Below are positions 1 to 9,423 of a DNA stretch of 64,000 nucleotides, piece after piece. Positions within the stretch are counted from its first letter, which is position 1. The number at the start of each line of letters is the position of its first letter. A program made the translations under genes and the position numbers. Source of the stretch: Bacteroidota bacterium (GTDB taxonomy: Bacteria; Bacteroidota; Bacteroidia; Bacteroidales; UBA5342); the NCBI GenBank assembly GCA_003249935.1, contig QKHT01000075.1:2602-66601 (forward strand), given 5' to 3'. The notes under the pieces are model-generated. The model saw only the letters and a program-made list of their open reading frames with translations. It searched no databases and was not told the origin of the DNA.

Positions 1-2
1 AA

Positions 3-146
3 CTTACCGCTACACTGGCTCAAGGCCAATACGCCAAAGGCAATTTTGTTGTACCGGTTATGCGTGAAGATATACCGGCGGGTCTTTATATTTATCGCTT
101 CGAAAGCAACACCGGCATAATATCAGGTCGATTAGTCATTAAATAG
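3..146 (+). CDS. 3' end of a gene encoding a T9SS (Por) C-terminal sorting domain; the 5' part lies outside the window
   Basis: Frame 3 reads LTATLAQGQYAKGNFVVPVMREDIPAGLYIYRFESNTGIISGRLVIK*. The GLYIYR and G-R-L-V-I-K tail is the usual Bacteroidota type-A CTD pattern. The ORF is open to the window edge. Confidence 0.55.
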   Translation, partial: LTATLAQGQYAKGNFVVPVMREDIPAGLYIYRFESNTGIISGRLVIK

Positions 147-174
147 TATTTGTATATTTGGGTTTCTTAAAACA

Positions 175-216
175 GAAAAGCCCCCCGGACGCGTTGTTCG
201 GGGGGCTTTCAGTTTT
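175..216. terminator. Bidirectional rho-independent terminator between convergent genes
   Basis: GAAAAGCCCCCCG (175-187) pairs with CGGGGGGCTTTC (199-210). T-runs flank it on both strands. Confidence 0.75.
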
Positions 217-234
217 ATTATTCAGCGAATGCAA

Positions 235-1386
235 TTAGAGCAGGAAGCTAAGCAGAATACCTGCTGCTACGGCTGAACCAATTACACCGGCTACGTTCGG
301 ACCCATGGCGTGCATGAGCAAGTGGTTTGTTTTGTCGTATTGCAGACCAACAACTTGCGAAACGCGCGCGCTATCCGGTACGGCCGAAACGCCGGAGTTT
401 CCAATAAGCGGATTGATTTTGTTTCCTTCCTTCAAAAATAAATTGAATATTTTAACAAACATTACCCCGCCTGTGGTGGCAATTACAAACGAAAATGCGC
501 CCAGAACAAAGATACCTACCGATTTCCATGTAAGGAATGTGGTGGCTTGTGTCGATGCACCAACGGTTAATCCGATAAGGATGGTTACAATATCAATCAT
601 TGGCCCTTTCGCCGTATCGGCCAAACGTTTGGTTACGCCACTTTCGCGAAGCAAATTACCGAAAAAGAGCATACCCAAAAGTGGTAAACCACTGGGAACG
701 AGGAACGTAGTAAGTAGCATGCCGGCAATTGCGAAAATAATTTTTTCGGTTTTTGTTACAGCGCGTGGTGGTTTCATTCGTATTAAACGCTCTTTAGGCG
801 TGGTTAACAGCTTCATAATTGGTGGCTGAATAACCGGAACAAGAGCCATGTAAGAGTAGGCCGAAATGGCAATGGCTCCTACCAGACTTGGTGCAAGTTT
901 AGATGAAAGGAAGATCGCCGTTGGACCATCTGCACCTCCAATTATACCTATGGCACCAGCTTCAGAAGGCGAAAACCCAAGAGCCAAAGCAATACAATAT
1001 GCACCGAAAATACCCAATTGAGCCGCTGCACCAATTAGTATTAACTTAGGGTTCGAAATCAAGGCCGAAAAATCGGTCATTGCACCAATTCCCAAAAAGA
1101 TTAAAGGTGGATAAACCCCTTGTGTTACACCGAAATAGAGGTAGTTGAGTACCGAACCATTTTCGTAAATGCCAATCTGATACCCCGATGCAAAAGGTAT
1201 ATTCCCCACAAGAATACCAAACCCGATTGGAATGAGTAACATCGGTTCAAACTCCTTAGCAATAGCCAGATAAATAAAGGCTAAGCCAATCAGAATCATA
1301 ATTAAGTGGCCAACCGTAAAATTTGCAAATCCCGTAAACGAGAAAAATTGCATCATGTGGTCGGTCAAGAATTGTGTAAATCCCAT
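235..1386 (-). CDS. mmdB: Na+-translocating decarboxylase beta subunit (methylmalonyl-CoA/oxaloacetate decarboxylase membrane subunit)
   Basis: 383-aa polytopic membrane protein with an OadB/MmdB/GcdB-family appearance. It is operonic with a biotin carrier, a carboxyltransferase and an epimerase. Confidence 0.9.
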   Translation of the reverse strand: MGFTQFLTDHMMQFFSFTGFANFTVGHLIMILIGLAFIYLAIAKEFEPMLLIPIGFGILVGNIPFASGYQIGIYENGSVLNYLYFGVTQGVYPPLIFLGIGAMTDFSALISNPKLILIGAAAQLGIFGAYCIALALGFSPSEAGAIGIIGGADGPTAIFLSSKLAPSLVGAIAISAYSYMALVPVIQPPIMKLLTTPKERLIRMKPPRAVTKTEKIIFAIAGMLLTTFLVPSGLPLLGMLFFGNLLRESGVTKRLADTAKGPMIDIVTILIGLTVGASTQATTFLTWKSVGIFVLGAFSFVIATTGGVMFVKIFNLFLKEGNKINPLIGNSGVSAVPDSARVSQVVGLQYDKTNHLLMHAMGPNVAGVIGSAVAAGILLSFLL

Positions 1387-1389
1387 CGC

Positions 1390-1833
1390 TTATTCTCCTA
1401 TAGTTACCAGAACATCGCCTTCCATTACCGAGTCGCCTTTGTTCTTTTTAATAGAAATTACTCTGCCGTCTTTGTCCGCCTCAATGATATTTTCCATTTT
1501 CATTGCTTCGAGCATAAGTACCTTTTGGCCAATTTTCACAGTGTCGCCTTCTTTAACAAATAATTCTAAAATTACACCCGGCAGTGGCGATTTAATGGTG
1601 CCGCCACCTTTTGGTGCGTTCGGGCTTGCCGTTTTTGTTTGCGATGGATGTACGTCGGTTGAAGGTGCAACGGTTGTACGAACCAGCTTTGGCGTTTTTG
1701 GTGTTTTTGTCTGAGTGTCTATCTCTACGGCATATGAAGTCCCATTTATTTCTACTTCTGCCATATTATCTTCGAAACTTACAATTTCTGTTTCGTAGAT
1801 ATTTCCGTTTATCGTGAATTTAAACTTTTTCAT
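1390..1833 (-). CDS. mmdC: Biotin carboxyl carrier subunit of the decarboxylase
   Basis: C-terminal biotinyl domain with the EAMKM biotinylation motif, preceded by a Pro/Thr/Lys-rich linker. There are 3 nt between its stop and the mmdB start. Confidence 0.9.
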   Translation of the reverse strand: MKKFKFTINGNIYETEIVSFEDNMAEVEINGTSYAVEIDTQTKTPKTPKLVRTTVAPSTDVHPSQTKTASPNAPKGGGTIKSPLPGVILELFVKEGDTVKIGQKVLMLEAMKMENIIEADKDGRVISIKKNKGDSVMEGDVLVTIGE

Positions 1834-1844
1834 CTTTTAATTAA

Positions 1845-2738
1845 TTATCTTGGCATTTGCCTTAAACCATAAATTTTCGAACTCCAGGGCGAATAGGTAC
1901 GCGAAACTTTTGTAATGGTTAAAATCGGATTGATTTCGTCGTGTAATTCGTTCTGGTACATATATAAAGCCATTGCAATTGCTGCATTTACCTCTCCCGA
2001 AATGGCTTCGGGTTGAACCGTATCGGCTTGTTCTTTAGTGGTTGATACTGCCTTTGGTTTGGTGGTTTTAACAAATTGTTTGCCAATCGCTTTGTAAATA
2101 AAATATAAAACCGCAAGAGCTGTAAAAACGACTATCATTGCAATGAGCGTTAAACCGATACCCGACGGGTCGAACTGTTTAAAAAGATCGCCCGAAGATA
2201 CTTTGGGTTCAGGATTGTTATTTGCAATGGGTGTCGCTTTTTTCAAATAACCCATTTTTCCGGCTCCATCTTCAAAATACCCATAGGTCACATCCGATTT
2301 GTGGTCTTTCGGTAAATCGATTTTATCAATCAGGGTTTTACCATCGCTGTCGAAAAGTGCGATTATATTCGATTCTTTTAAATCGAAATTTAAATGAAAT
2401 ACGCCTCTCGCAGGTTTATTATCGGCAAAAAATACCACGTAATAACGCGAAGCAATTTTTGTGCGCGGATCGCCTTTTGGAATCCAATATTTTTTTGGAT
2501 TGTTTAAATCGTTGGTCAGATAACATCCACCAATGTTGATGTAGTTATATGCCCCGTTGAAAATCTCAATCCAAGATACATGGGCTCCAAAATCGTCGAC
2601 ATAACTCGAGTCGTTCTGAACAAGTACTTCGTTAATGCGTAAATCAAGCGTGCTTTGAGCCTGCAAGCTTTCCTTAGCAAAAAGAAGTACCGACATTACC
2701 ACTAAAGTTTTGATCGTTGTATTCAATTTTTTTAGCAT
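1845..2738 (-). CDS. Lamin-tail-domain protein fused to an OadG-like small decarboxylase subunit (delta/gamma-type anchor)
   Basis: Signal-like N-terminus, LRINEVL-type LTD start and one TM helix (GLTLIAMIVVFTALAVLYFIY). The C-terminal EVNAAIAMALYMY...SPWSSK tail is typical of OadG-family subunits. The gene lies inside the mmd operon. Confidence 0.6.
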   Translation of the reverse strand: MLKKLNTTIKTLVVMSVLLFAKESLQAQSTLDLRINEVLVQNDSSYVDDFGAHVSWIEIFNGAYNYINIGGCYLTNDLNNPKKYWIPKGDPRTKIASRYYVVFFADNKPARGVFHLNFDLKESNIIALFDSDGKTLIDKIDLPKDHKSDVTYGYFEDGAGKMGYLKKATPIANNNPEPKVSSGDLFKQFDPSGIGLTLIAMIVVFTALAVLYFIYKAIGKQFVKTTKPKAVSTTKEQADTVQPEAISGEVNAAIAMALYMYQNELHDEINPILTITKVSRTYSPWSSKIYGLRQMPR

Positions 2739-2748
2739 AATTCGGTGA

Positions 2749-4308
2749 TTATAATGGAAGATTCGAGTGTTTTTTAGCGGGTGAGGTTACCTTTTTGGTT
2801 GCCAACCCTTGCAATGCCCTTATGATACGGAAACGTGTGTTGCGTGGTTCAATCACATCATCAATGTACCCATATTGAGCTGCCACATAAGGATTTGCAA
2901 ATTTTTCCTTGTAATCCTCCTCGGCTTGTGCAATAAACTCATCTTTCTTTTGCTGATCCTCGATTTCGGCTATTTTCCGGCTGTCGAGCACCTCGATGGC
3001 ACCTTTGGGACCCATAACGGCAATTTCGGCCGATGGCCATGCATAATTAATATCGCCGCGTAAGTGTTTCGAAGCCATTACACAGTATGCACCACCATAA
3101 GCTTTACGCAATACCACGGTAACTTTAGGTACGGTTGCTTCGCCGTAGGCAAATAACAATTTAGCACCATGAATAATGATACCACCATATTCCTGAGTTG
3201 TTCCCGGTAAGAAACCCGGCACATCAACCAATGTAACAATTGGAATATTGAACGCATCGCAGAACCGAACAAAGCGTGCCGCTTTACGCGATGCGTTGAT
3301 GTCGAGTACCCCTGCAAGATATTTTGGTTGGTTGGCTACAAGCCCTACCGACATGCCGTTAAATTTCGCAAAGCCAACAATAATATTCGCCGCATAATTA
3401 CGATGTACTTCAAGGAATTCGCCATCGTCCACAATTGTATGTATAATGTCTTTTACATCATATGGTTTGTTCGCGTTATCGGGGATTATACTGTTAAGGC
3501 TGTCATCCAAACGGTCTATCGGGTCGTTGCAGATGGTTAACGGTGCATCTTCCAGATTGTTTTGTGGTAAATAGGATAGCAGTTTGCGGATTATGGAAAT
3601 ACCTTCACGCTCATCTTCTGAAATAAAGTGTGTTACACCCGATTTTGAACCATGTACTGTGGCACCGCCTAATTGCTCTTCATTGACTACTTCGCCTGTT
3701 ACTGTTTTTACAACCTTTGGTCCGGTTACAAACATATAGCTTGTATCCTTACTCATAATGATGAAGTCGGTAAGTGCCGGAGAATAAACTGCGCCGCCTG
3801 CACATGGACCGAAAATAGCCGAGATTTGTGGTATTACACCCGAAGCAAGAATGTTGCGTTCGAAAATTTCGGTGTACCCTGCCAATGAAGTTACACCTTC
3901 CTGTATACGTGCACCACCTGAATCGTTAATGCCAATAATCGGTGCACCAACTTTCATGGCCATATCCATCACCTTGCAAATTTTTTGTGCATAGGTTTCC
4001 GATAGCGAACCGCCGAAAACGGTAAAGTCTTGTGAGAATACAAAAACCAAACGGCCATCAATGGTCCCTTGCCCGGTAACAACACCATCGCCGTAGAATT
4101 TTTGATTGTCGAGGCCGAAGTTTCCGCAACGATGTTGTACGAACATATCGAATTCTTCGAAACTTGCATCGTCGAGCAAAAGTTCAATGCGCTCGCGTGC
4201 AGTAAGTTTACCTTTCGCATGTTGTGCGTCGATACGTTTCTGTCCGCCACCTAATTTTGCTGTCGCCCTCAGGTCGATTAGCTTCTTAAGTTTTTCTTGA
4301 TTTCCCAT
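2749..4308 (-). CDS. mmdA: Methylmalonyl-CoA carboxyltransferase (propionyl-CoA carboxylase beta-chain family)
   Basis: 519 aa with a two-domain crotonase-like carboxyltransferase pattern ([30 protein letters not shown]). Confidence 0.9.
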   Translation of the reverse strand: MGNQEKLKKLIDLRATAKLGGGQKRIDAQHAKGKLTARERIELLLDDASFEEFDMFVQHRCGNFGLDNQKFYGDGVVTGQGTIDGRLVFVFSQDFTVFGGSLSETYAQKICKVMDMAMKVGAPIIGINDSGGARIQEGVTSLAGYTEIFERNILASGVIPQISAIFGPCAGGAVYSPALTDFIIMSKDTSYMFVTGPKVVKTVTGEVVNEEQLGGATVHGSKSGVTHFISEDEREGISIIRKLLSYLPQNNLEDAPLTICNDPIDRLDDSLNSIIPDNANKPYDVKDIIHTIVDDGEFLEVHRNYAANIIVGFAKFNGMSVGLVANQPKYLAGVLDINASRKAARFVRFCDAFNIPIVTLVDVPGFLPGTTQEYGGIIIHGAKLLFAYGEATVPKVTVVLRKAYGGAYCVMASKHLRGDINYAWPSAEIAVMGPKGAIEVLDSRKIAEIEDQQKKDEFIAQAEEDYKEKFANPYVAAQYGYIDDVIEPRNTRFRIIRALQGLATKKVTSPAKKHSNLPL

Positions 4309-4348
4309 TTGTTGAGTTGTGAAATATTGTTACTTTAATTGTTTTTGA

Positions 4349-4756
4349 TTACTCTGGTTTTTCGCAAAGTTCCGTCAAAACTCCAATCGTTTCTTTTGGG
4401 TGTATAAACGCGATATTCAAGCCTTCGGCACCTTTGCGCGGTGTTTTGTCAACGAGTTTTACCCCGGCAGCATCCATTTCTGTCAATGTTTCGGCCAATC
4501 CATCCACTGCAAAGGCAATATGATGAACACCTTCACCTTTCTTTTCAAGGAATTTTCCAATCGGACCTTCCGGATCGGTCGATTCGAGCAGTTCAATTTT
4601 TGTTTGACCTACTTTAAAAAATGCTGTTTTAACTTTTTGTTCTGCAACTTCTTCGATTGCATAGCACGATAAGCCAAAAAGTTTTTCGTAAACCGGTATT
4701 GCAGTTTCTAAACTTTTAACAGCTATACCAATGTGTTCGATATGAGTGGGTTTCAT
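4349..4756 (-). CDS. mce: Methylmalonyl-CoA epimerase (VOC/glyoxalase fold)
   Basis: 135 aa with HIGIAV...EGVHHIAF metal-ligand motifs. It is the first gene of the mmd operon. Confidence 0.85.
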   Translation of the reverse strand: MKPTHIEHIGIAVKSLETAIPVYEKLFGLSCYAIEEVAEQKVKTAFFKVGQTKIELLESTDPEGPIGKFLEKKGEGVHHIAFAVDGLAETLTEMDAAGVKLVDKTPRKGAEGLNIAFIHPKETIGVLTELCEKPE

Positions 4757-4811
4757 TATAAAACTGTTTTGTTGTTATTTAATAAATTCTTTTCTTTCTA
4801 ATTTTGAGGTG

Positions 4812-4819
4812 CAAAATTA
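4812..4819 (-). promoter_or_regulatory. Candidate Bacteroidota -7 box (TAATTTTG) for the mmd operon
   Basis: The reverse complement of CAAAATTA matches TAnnTTTG about 55 nt upstream of the mce ATG. It is part of a perfect 9-bp inverted repeat at 4798-4820. Confidence 0.35.
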
Positions 4820-5032
4820 GTGTAAATATTAGGGCCAGCCTTACGATTTAAAGAAATTTTTCGCTATTTAAAATGGGTCTATAATAACTACATAAAAATT
4901 AACATCTGTTGCACTAACTCGTCGTAAATAAGATTTCGTTAACATTTAAATTGCACATTGTTATTAGGTATGTGCAAGATTTTCAAACATATAATCATCG
5001 AAAAACTGAACTTTTTCGGTTTGAACAATTTT

Positions 5033-6139
5033 TCACATCATCAATTTGTAAAAATTGCCGGGCAGAGGTACTATTATACCTTTCATTTCAAGATTCAATA
5101 ATAGAATGGATAGTTTGCCAGGTAAAAAATCTGTATCCAACGCGATCGAATTTAAATTACCCGGATTGTTTTTGCGAAGGATTTCAACAATTTTCTCTTC
5201 GTCACTTGTAAATTCGGGAAATAGTGTTGGTTGAATCTTTCGGCTATTAATCGGGGTCCAATTCATCGCCGCCATTATATCGCTGCCGTTTTCTACCAGA
5301 CATCCGGTTTGTTCTTTAATCAGCAGATTGCACCCCTGGCTAAATTGTTGCCCAACGTTTCCCGGTACGGCAAGTACATCCCGGTTATACGAAGCGGCTA
5401 ATCGGGCTGTGATAAGTGCACCGCCCTTAACACCGGTTTCTACAATCAGGGTGGCATCGCACATACCGGCTACAATACGGTTTCGTTTTACAAAGTTCTG
5501 CCGGTCGGGATTTGTTCCACTTAAAAACTCGGTTAGCAGAGCACCTTGCTTTTCAATCTTTTGTGAAACGGGCAAATGAGTTCCGGGATAAATAATATCA
5601 AGTCCGTGAGCCAATACGGCTACGGTATCGAAACCATTATCAAGAGCGGCTTTGTGTGCGGCAATGTCAATGCCAAACGCCAATCCGCTTACAATAAGTA
5701 CGTCCGGAGCTAATTGTTTTAAATCTTCGATAATAGTCCTTGTAATACTTTTTCCATAATGCGATGCATTGCGGGTGCCCACAACTGCAAGCGTTTTCGG
5801 GCGGTTAAAATCGCAGGTTCCTCCCGAAAACAAAATGATGGGCCCATCGTTGCACTCTTTAAGCCGTTGAGGATAATTTTCGTCTAAATAGCTGAGAGCT
5901 TTTATTTGATTTTTTTCCATAAAAGTGAACTCATCCTCTACACGTTTTTCTACACTTTGGTAGTCAATTTGTTGTATGATGCTTTCTCCGATTCCGGGTA
6001 TTTTGGCCAGGGTTTTCTTTTTTTCACCAAACACAGCCTCGGCCGATCCGGTATATGCCACTAAGTTTTTTGTAGTTAATGTACCTATCCCCTTAATCAA
6101 CGTAAGGGCTAACAGGTGTTTTAGTTCGTTGGTTTGCAT
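5033..6139 (-). CDS. dprA: DNA-processing protein DprA (Smf)
   Basis: 368 aa with an N-terminal SAM/HhH-like region, a Rossmann core (VVGTRNASHYG, SGLAFGID, GGALITA) and a C-terminal winged-helix-like tail. Confidence 0.9.
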   Translation of the reverse strand: MQTNELKHLLALTLIKGIGTLTTKNLVAYTGSAEAVFGEKKKTLAKIPGIGESIIQQIDYQSVEKRVEDEFTFMEKNQIKALSYLDENYPQRLKECNDGPIILFSGGTCDFNRPKTLAVVGTRNASHYGKSITRTIIEDLKQLAPDVLIVSGLAFGIDIAAHKAALDNGFDTVAVLAHGLDIIYPGTHLPVSQKIEKQGALLTEFLSGTNPDRQNFVKRNRIVAGMCDATLIVETGVKGGALITARLAASYNRDVLAVPGNVGQQFSQGCNLLIKEQTGCLVENGSDIMAAMNWTPINSRKIQPTLFPEFTSDEEKIVEILRKNNPGNLNSIALDTDFLPGKLSILLLNLEMKGIIVPLPGNFYKLMM

Positions 6140-6151
6140 ATGGGTTTCAAT

Positions 6152-6547
6152 TTAATTCCGATCGCGGTCATCCAATTTTTTAAGTTCGCGTTTCGATAGG
6201 TGATAACCTTGTTTACTTAACGCTTTTAATTTTTCTTTTGTTCTTATAATCAAGCTGTTGTAAAGTCTAATCTGTTCGGGTTGTTTTTTCTTATCGACTT
6301 TATATCTCATATACTCATAAAACTCTATGCGTTTGTTTAGTTGACGAATTTCATCCACCTTTTCGTATGGAATTTTTGGAGCTGTTTTAGTTTTTGTTTT
6401 CTTTTTCTTTTTGACCTTATCGGGTTTATAATCTTTTTTAATCGTTAATTCACCGTTTTTGAGATTATGGTGAAATACACCACAACTACCAAAACTCAGC
6501 GAAAAAATCATGAGTAAGCTTATTATTTTTCGGTTAATTACAAACAC
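6152..6547 (-). CDS. Lys-rich hypothetical lipoprotein
   Basis: Signal peptide with a lipobox-like SFGSC, then a KKKKKTKTKT tract and a coiled charged C-terminus. It overlaps the upstream gene by 10 nt. Confidence 0.4.
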   Translation of the reverse strand: MFVINRKIISLLMIFSLSFGSCGVFHHNLKNGELTIKKDYKPDKVKKKKKTKTKTAPKIPYEKVDEIRQLNKRIEFYEYMRYKVDKKKQPEQIRLYNSLIIRTKEKLKALSKQGYHLSKRELKKLDDRDRN

Positions 6548-7221
6548 TGTTTTTCAATTTCTACCGGTTCTGTAATATTACTACAAAAATTTGAAGTCAA
6601 AAATTTTTGTTGCAATATTTCGTCGATTGTGATTCGGTAATCCGGCATTTTTCGATATATTAAAGCAAATGCTCTGCCAAGTGCGGTAGCTGCGTTATGG
6701 TTGTTAAAAGCTTGTGATTGTGTACGTGTAAAGTTGATGAAAAGATTGGCTTCAACATCTTGTAGTTTATTTAATACTGCTTTGCGGGCAATTACATTAG
6801 TGAGTGTAATGGTTTGCCAAATGATTCTGTGGTCTGTTATTTCAATTATGTCGGTCAACGGCCAATTAACCAAAAGATTGTATGCCAACTGTTCTGCCAA
6901 TTCTACTGTGTCGCATTCGTCGAGCCAGATGCCAAGTTGAACTTTGCTCATTTTTGCCGGTTCAGCCAAAATGGTTGCTAATATTTTGGTTTCACGCCAG
7001 TTTTTACGCCATAATGCATTGGCCACAGTTTGGTCGGGTGTGTATTGCCCGGCCAACTCGCGCAAGTGAATAATGGATGCGCCGAGTGTTTTGTTTTTTC
7101 CCGGACTGTCCTTTCGGATTTTTGCGGCTGTTTCGCCATTCATTCTCAGGCGAAGTTTGCGTTGTATTTCGTTTACTAAAGCATTATTGGCTTCAGGAAA
7201 AAGGATGATTTCGTGTGACAT
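6538..7221 (-). CDS. HEAT-repeat protein, probably of the DNA alkylation repair (AlkC/AlkD-like) family
   Basis: 227 aa and all-helical. The length and pattern (ALW..NWRE.KILA.., ELAEQLAYNL) recall the DNA alkylation repair enzyme family. Not verified by search. Confidence 0.45.
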   Translation of the reverse strand: MSHEIILFPEANNALVNEIQRKLRLRMNGETAAKIRKDSPGKNKTLGASIIHLRELAGQYTPDQTVANALWRKNWRETKILATILAEPAKMSKVQLGIWLDECDTVELAEQLAYNLLVNWPLTDIIEITDHRIIWQTITLTNVIARKAVLNKLQDVEANLFINFTRTQSQAFNNHNAATALGRAFALIYRKMPDYRITIDEILQQKFLTSNFCSNITEPVEIEKQCL

Positions 7222-7365
7222 CTTTTTTATTGCAAATATATAATTTTGGTTTTATGCAATTTTGGTTCATGCCTGCTTATTTGACGATAATTTGGTTGTT
7301 TTCGGTAATGAACCGCATAATTGTGGCACAAATTGCTAATTTTAGCCCCGAATAGATTTCGAACG

Positions 7366-9327
7366 ATGTGTGGAATAAGCGGAATACTTAATAGCAGCAA
7401 TCTAAGTCTTACAGGGGCCGACATAGTGAGGTTAAACGACATGATAAAACACCGTGGACCTGATGATGAAGGTTATGTCTTATGTAGCGAATATGGTTTT
7501 AAGCATTTTGCCGGAACCGATACGCCACATTCGGTCGCGCTACACCAGCAGTTGCAGCCTAATAATGGTTTTCTGTCTGAAAATATTTCAGTGGCATTGG
7601 GTCACAGGCGGTTGTCCGTTATCGATCTTTCGGCCGACGGACATCAACCAATGATTTTCGGACCGTTTGCGTTGGTTTTTAATGGCGAGATTTATAACTA
7701 TATCGAATTACGTTCGCAGTTACGGGCATTGGGTCACCAGTTTGTTAGTGCCAGCGATACCGAAGTGGTTTTGCATGCTTATGCAGAGTGGGGAACCGAA
7801 TGTTTTCAGTATTTTAATGGCATGTGGGCTTTGGCCATTTACGATTTACAATTGCGACGATTGTTTGTTAGTCGCGACAGGCTCGGCGTGAAGCCTTTTT
7901 ATTATTTTCATCATGCCGGTTTGTTTGCTTTTGCATCCGAAGCCAAGGCACTGCACCGAATGTGGTTTGTAAAATCGGGTTTGAATGAAGAAGCTCTTTT
8001 CGATTACCTGGTACTCAGCCAGGATGAGGTTGGTGAAGAGACCATGTTTAAAAATATACTGGAACTTGCGCCAGGACATTCAGCCATTTACCAATACGGT
8101 TCAGACCAACTCGATATATTTCCTTGGTGTAAATACCGTAATGGTTTTGTGTCTGAACCATTTAGCGGTACGTTGACAGATGCGGCCGATGAGTTTGGCC
8201 GGCTTTTTTACAATGCCGTGCGGTTGCGTCTTCGGGCCGATGTGCCGGTTGGTTCGTGCCTCAGTGGTGGTCTCGACAGTACTGCGATTGTAACCCTGGT
8301 TAATGATCTTACCGGAAACAACACCATGCGCAATAAAGTTTTCACGGCATCATTTCCGGGACAAGGGCGTTTGGACGAGTATCATCTGGTGCAGCAAACA
8401 CTTGGAATGATCGATGTGGATAGTTTTGTGGTTACACCTACATCTGACGAGTTTGGTGCCGATTTTGATACACTGATTACTACTCTCGACGTGCCTTTTT
8501 GGTCGTCGAGTAGTTACTTGCAGTTTAGGGTAATGAAACTGGCTCATGAACAAGGAATTAAGGTTCTGCTCGATGGACAGGGGGCCGACGAATTGTTTGC
8601 CGGTTATCCTTTCACCCGGGCGGCTTATTGGATGCAATTGGTAAAGCATGGGCGATTTGGCCTATTAATGAACCAGTTGCGAGAATCCGGTTCATTCAAA
8701 ACAAATCTGGCATTTTTAGGTTATTTTGCAGCACGCAATAGCATGAAGGTTTTGCCCGAACCGGCTCGAATGAGATTAATGAAGCATAAAATGCCTGAGT
8801 TGAAGTTTCTGAATTCTGAATTTTTACACCAAAATCGACATCGGGCCACAGATTTTACCGATAAGAATTTCTACAATCTCAACGACGAATTGAAACGAAT
8901 TACCTTTGGAAATGGTCTTAAAAAGTTGCTTCGATGTGAGGATCGGAATTCAATGCACTTTTCGATAGAGTCGCGTACGCCCTTTGCCGACGATAATCAA
9001 CTGATTGATTTCGCCTTTTCGTTGCCCGATCATTTTAAAATTGATAATGGTTACAGCAAATTAGTCATACGTGAATCGATGAGAAACAAAATGCCGGAAT
9101 CGATTCGCCTTAATAAAATCAAAACCGGTTTTGAATCACCCCAAACCGAATGGATTAAAAATTCGTTAGAATATTTGATGGATGCTCGGTATTCTGATTC
9201 ACAAATATTTAATACGAATATTTTTAATCAGGATAATGTTAGGAAATTAATTTTAAGTAAATCGAATGATACCAACCATATTATGCGCTATTTTATTGCT
9301 GATAGATGGATTAAGTTGATGTTTTAG
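7366..9327 (+). CDS. Asparagine synthase-family glutamine amidotransferase (long paralog)
   Basis: The ATG at 7366 gives the N-terminus MCGISGIL, with the Cys2 nucleophile of Ntn amidotransferases. It has the SGGLDS PP-loop. The TTG at 7321 in the ORF track is unlikely to be used. Confidence 0.85.
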   Translation: MCGISGILNSSNLSLTGADIVRLNDMIKHRGPDDEGYVLCSEYGFKHFAGTDTPHSVALHQQLQPNNGFLSENISVALGHRRLSVIDLSADGHQPMIFGPFALVFNGEIYNYIELRSQLRALGHQFVSASDTEVVLHAYAEWGTECFQYFNGMWALAIYDLQLRRLFVSRDRLGVKPFYYFHHAGLFAFASEAKALHRMWFVKSGLNEEALFDYLVLSQDEVGEETMFKNILELAPGHSAIYQYGSDQLDIFPWCKYRNGFVSEPFSGTLTDAADEFGRLFYNAVRLRLRADVPVGSCLSGGLDSTAIVTLVNDLTGNNTMRNKVFTASFPGQGRLDEYHLVQQTLGMIDVDSFVVTPTSDEFGADFDTLITTLDVPFWSSSSYLQFRVMKLAHEQGIKVLLDGQGADELFAGYPFTRAAYWMQLVKHGRFGLLMNQLRESGSFKTNLAFLGYFAARNSMKVLPEPARMRLMKHKMPELKFLNSEFLHQNRHRATDFTDKNFYNLNDELKRITFGNGLKKLLRCEDRNSMHFSIESRTPFADDNQLIDFAFSLPDHFKIDNGYSKLVIRESMRNKMPESIRLNKIKTGFESPQTEWIKNSLEYLMDARYSDSQIFNTNIFNQDNVRKLILSKSNDTNHIMRYFIADRWIKLMF

Positions 9328-9423
9328 TTTCATTATATTGATTTAATGTTGATGTAATGTTAATTTTCAACATTTGATTGTCGATTATATTTAGCTCAAT
9401 TTTGTGCAAAATTATTTTTAGCA

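Noticed and set aside
305-829. 174-aa plus-strand ORF inside mmdB
   Set aside because: It is antisense to a clearly recognisable decarboxylase beta subunit and has no motif.
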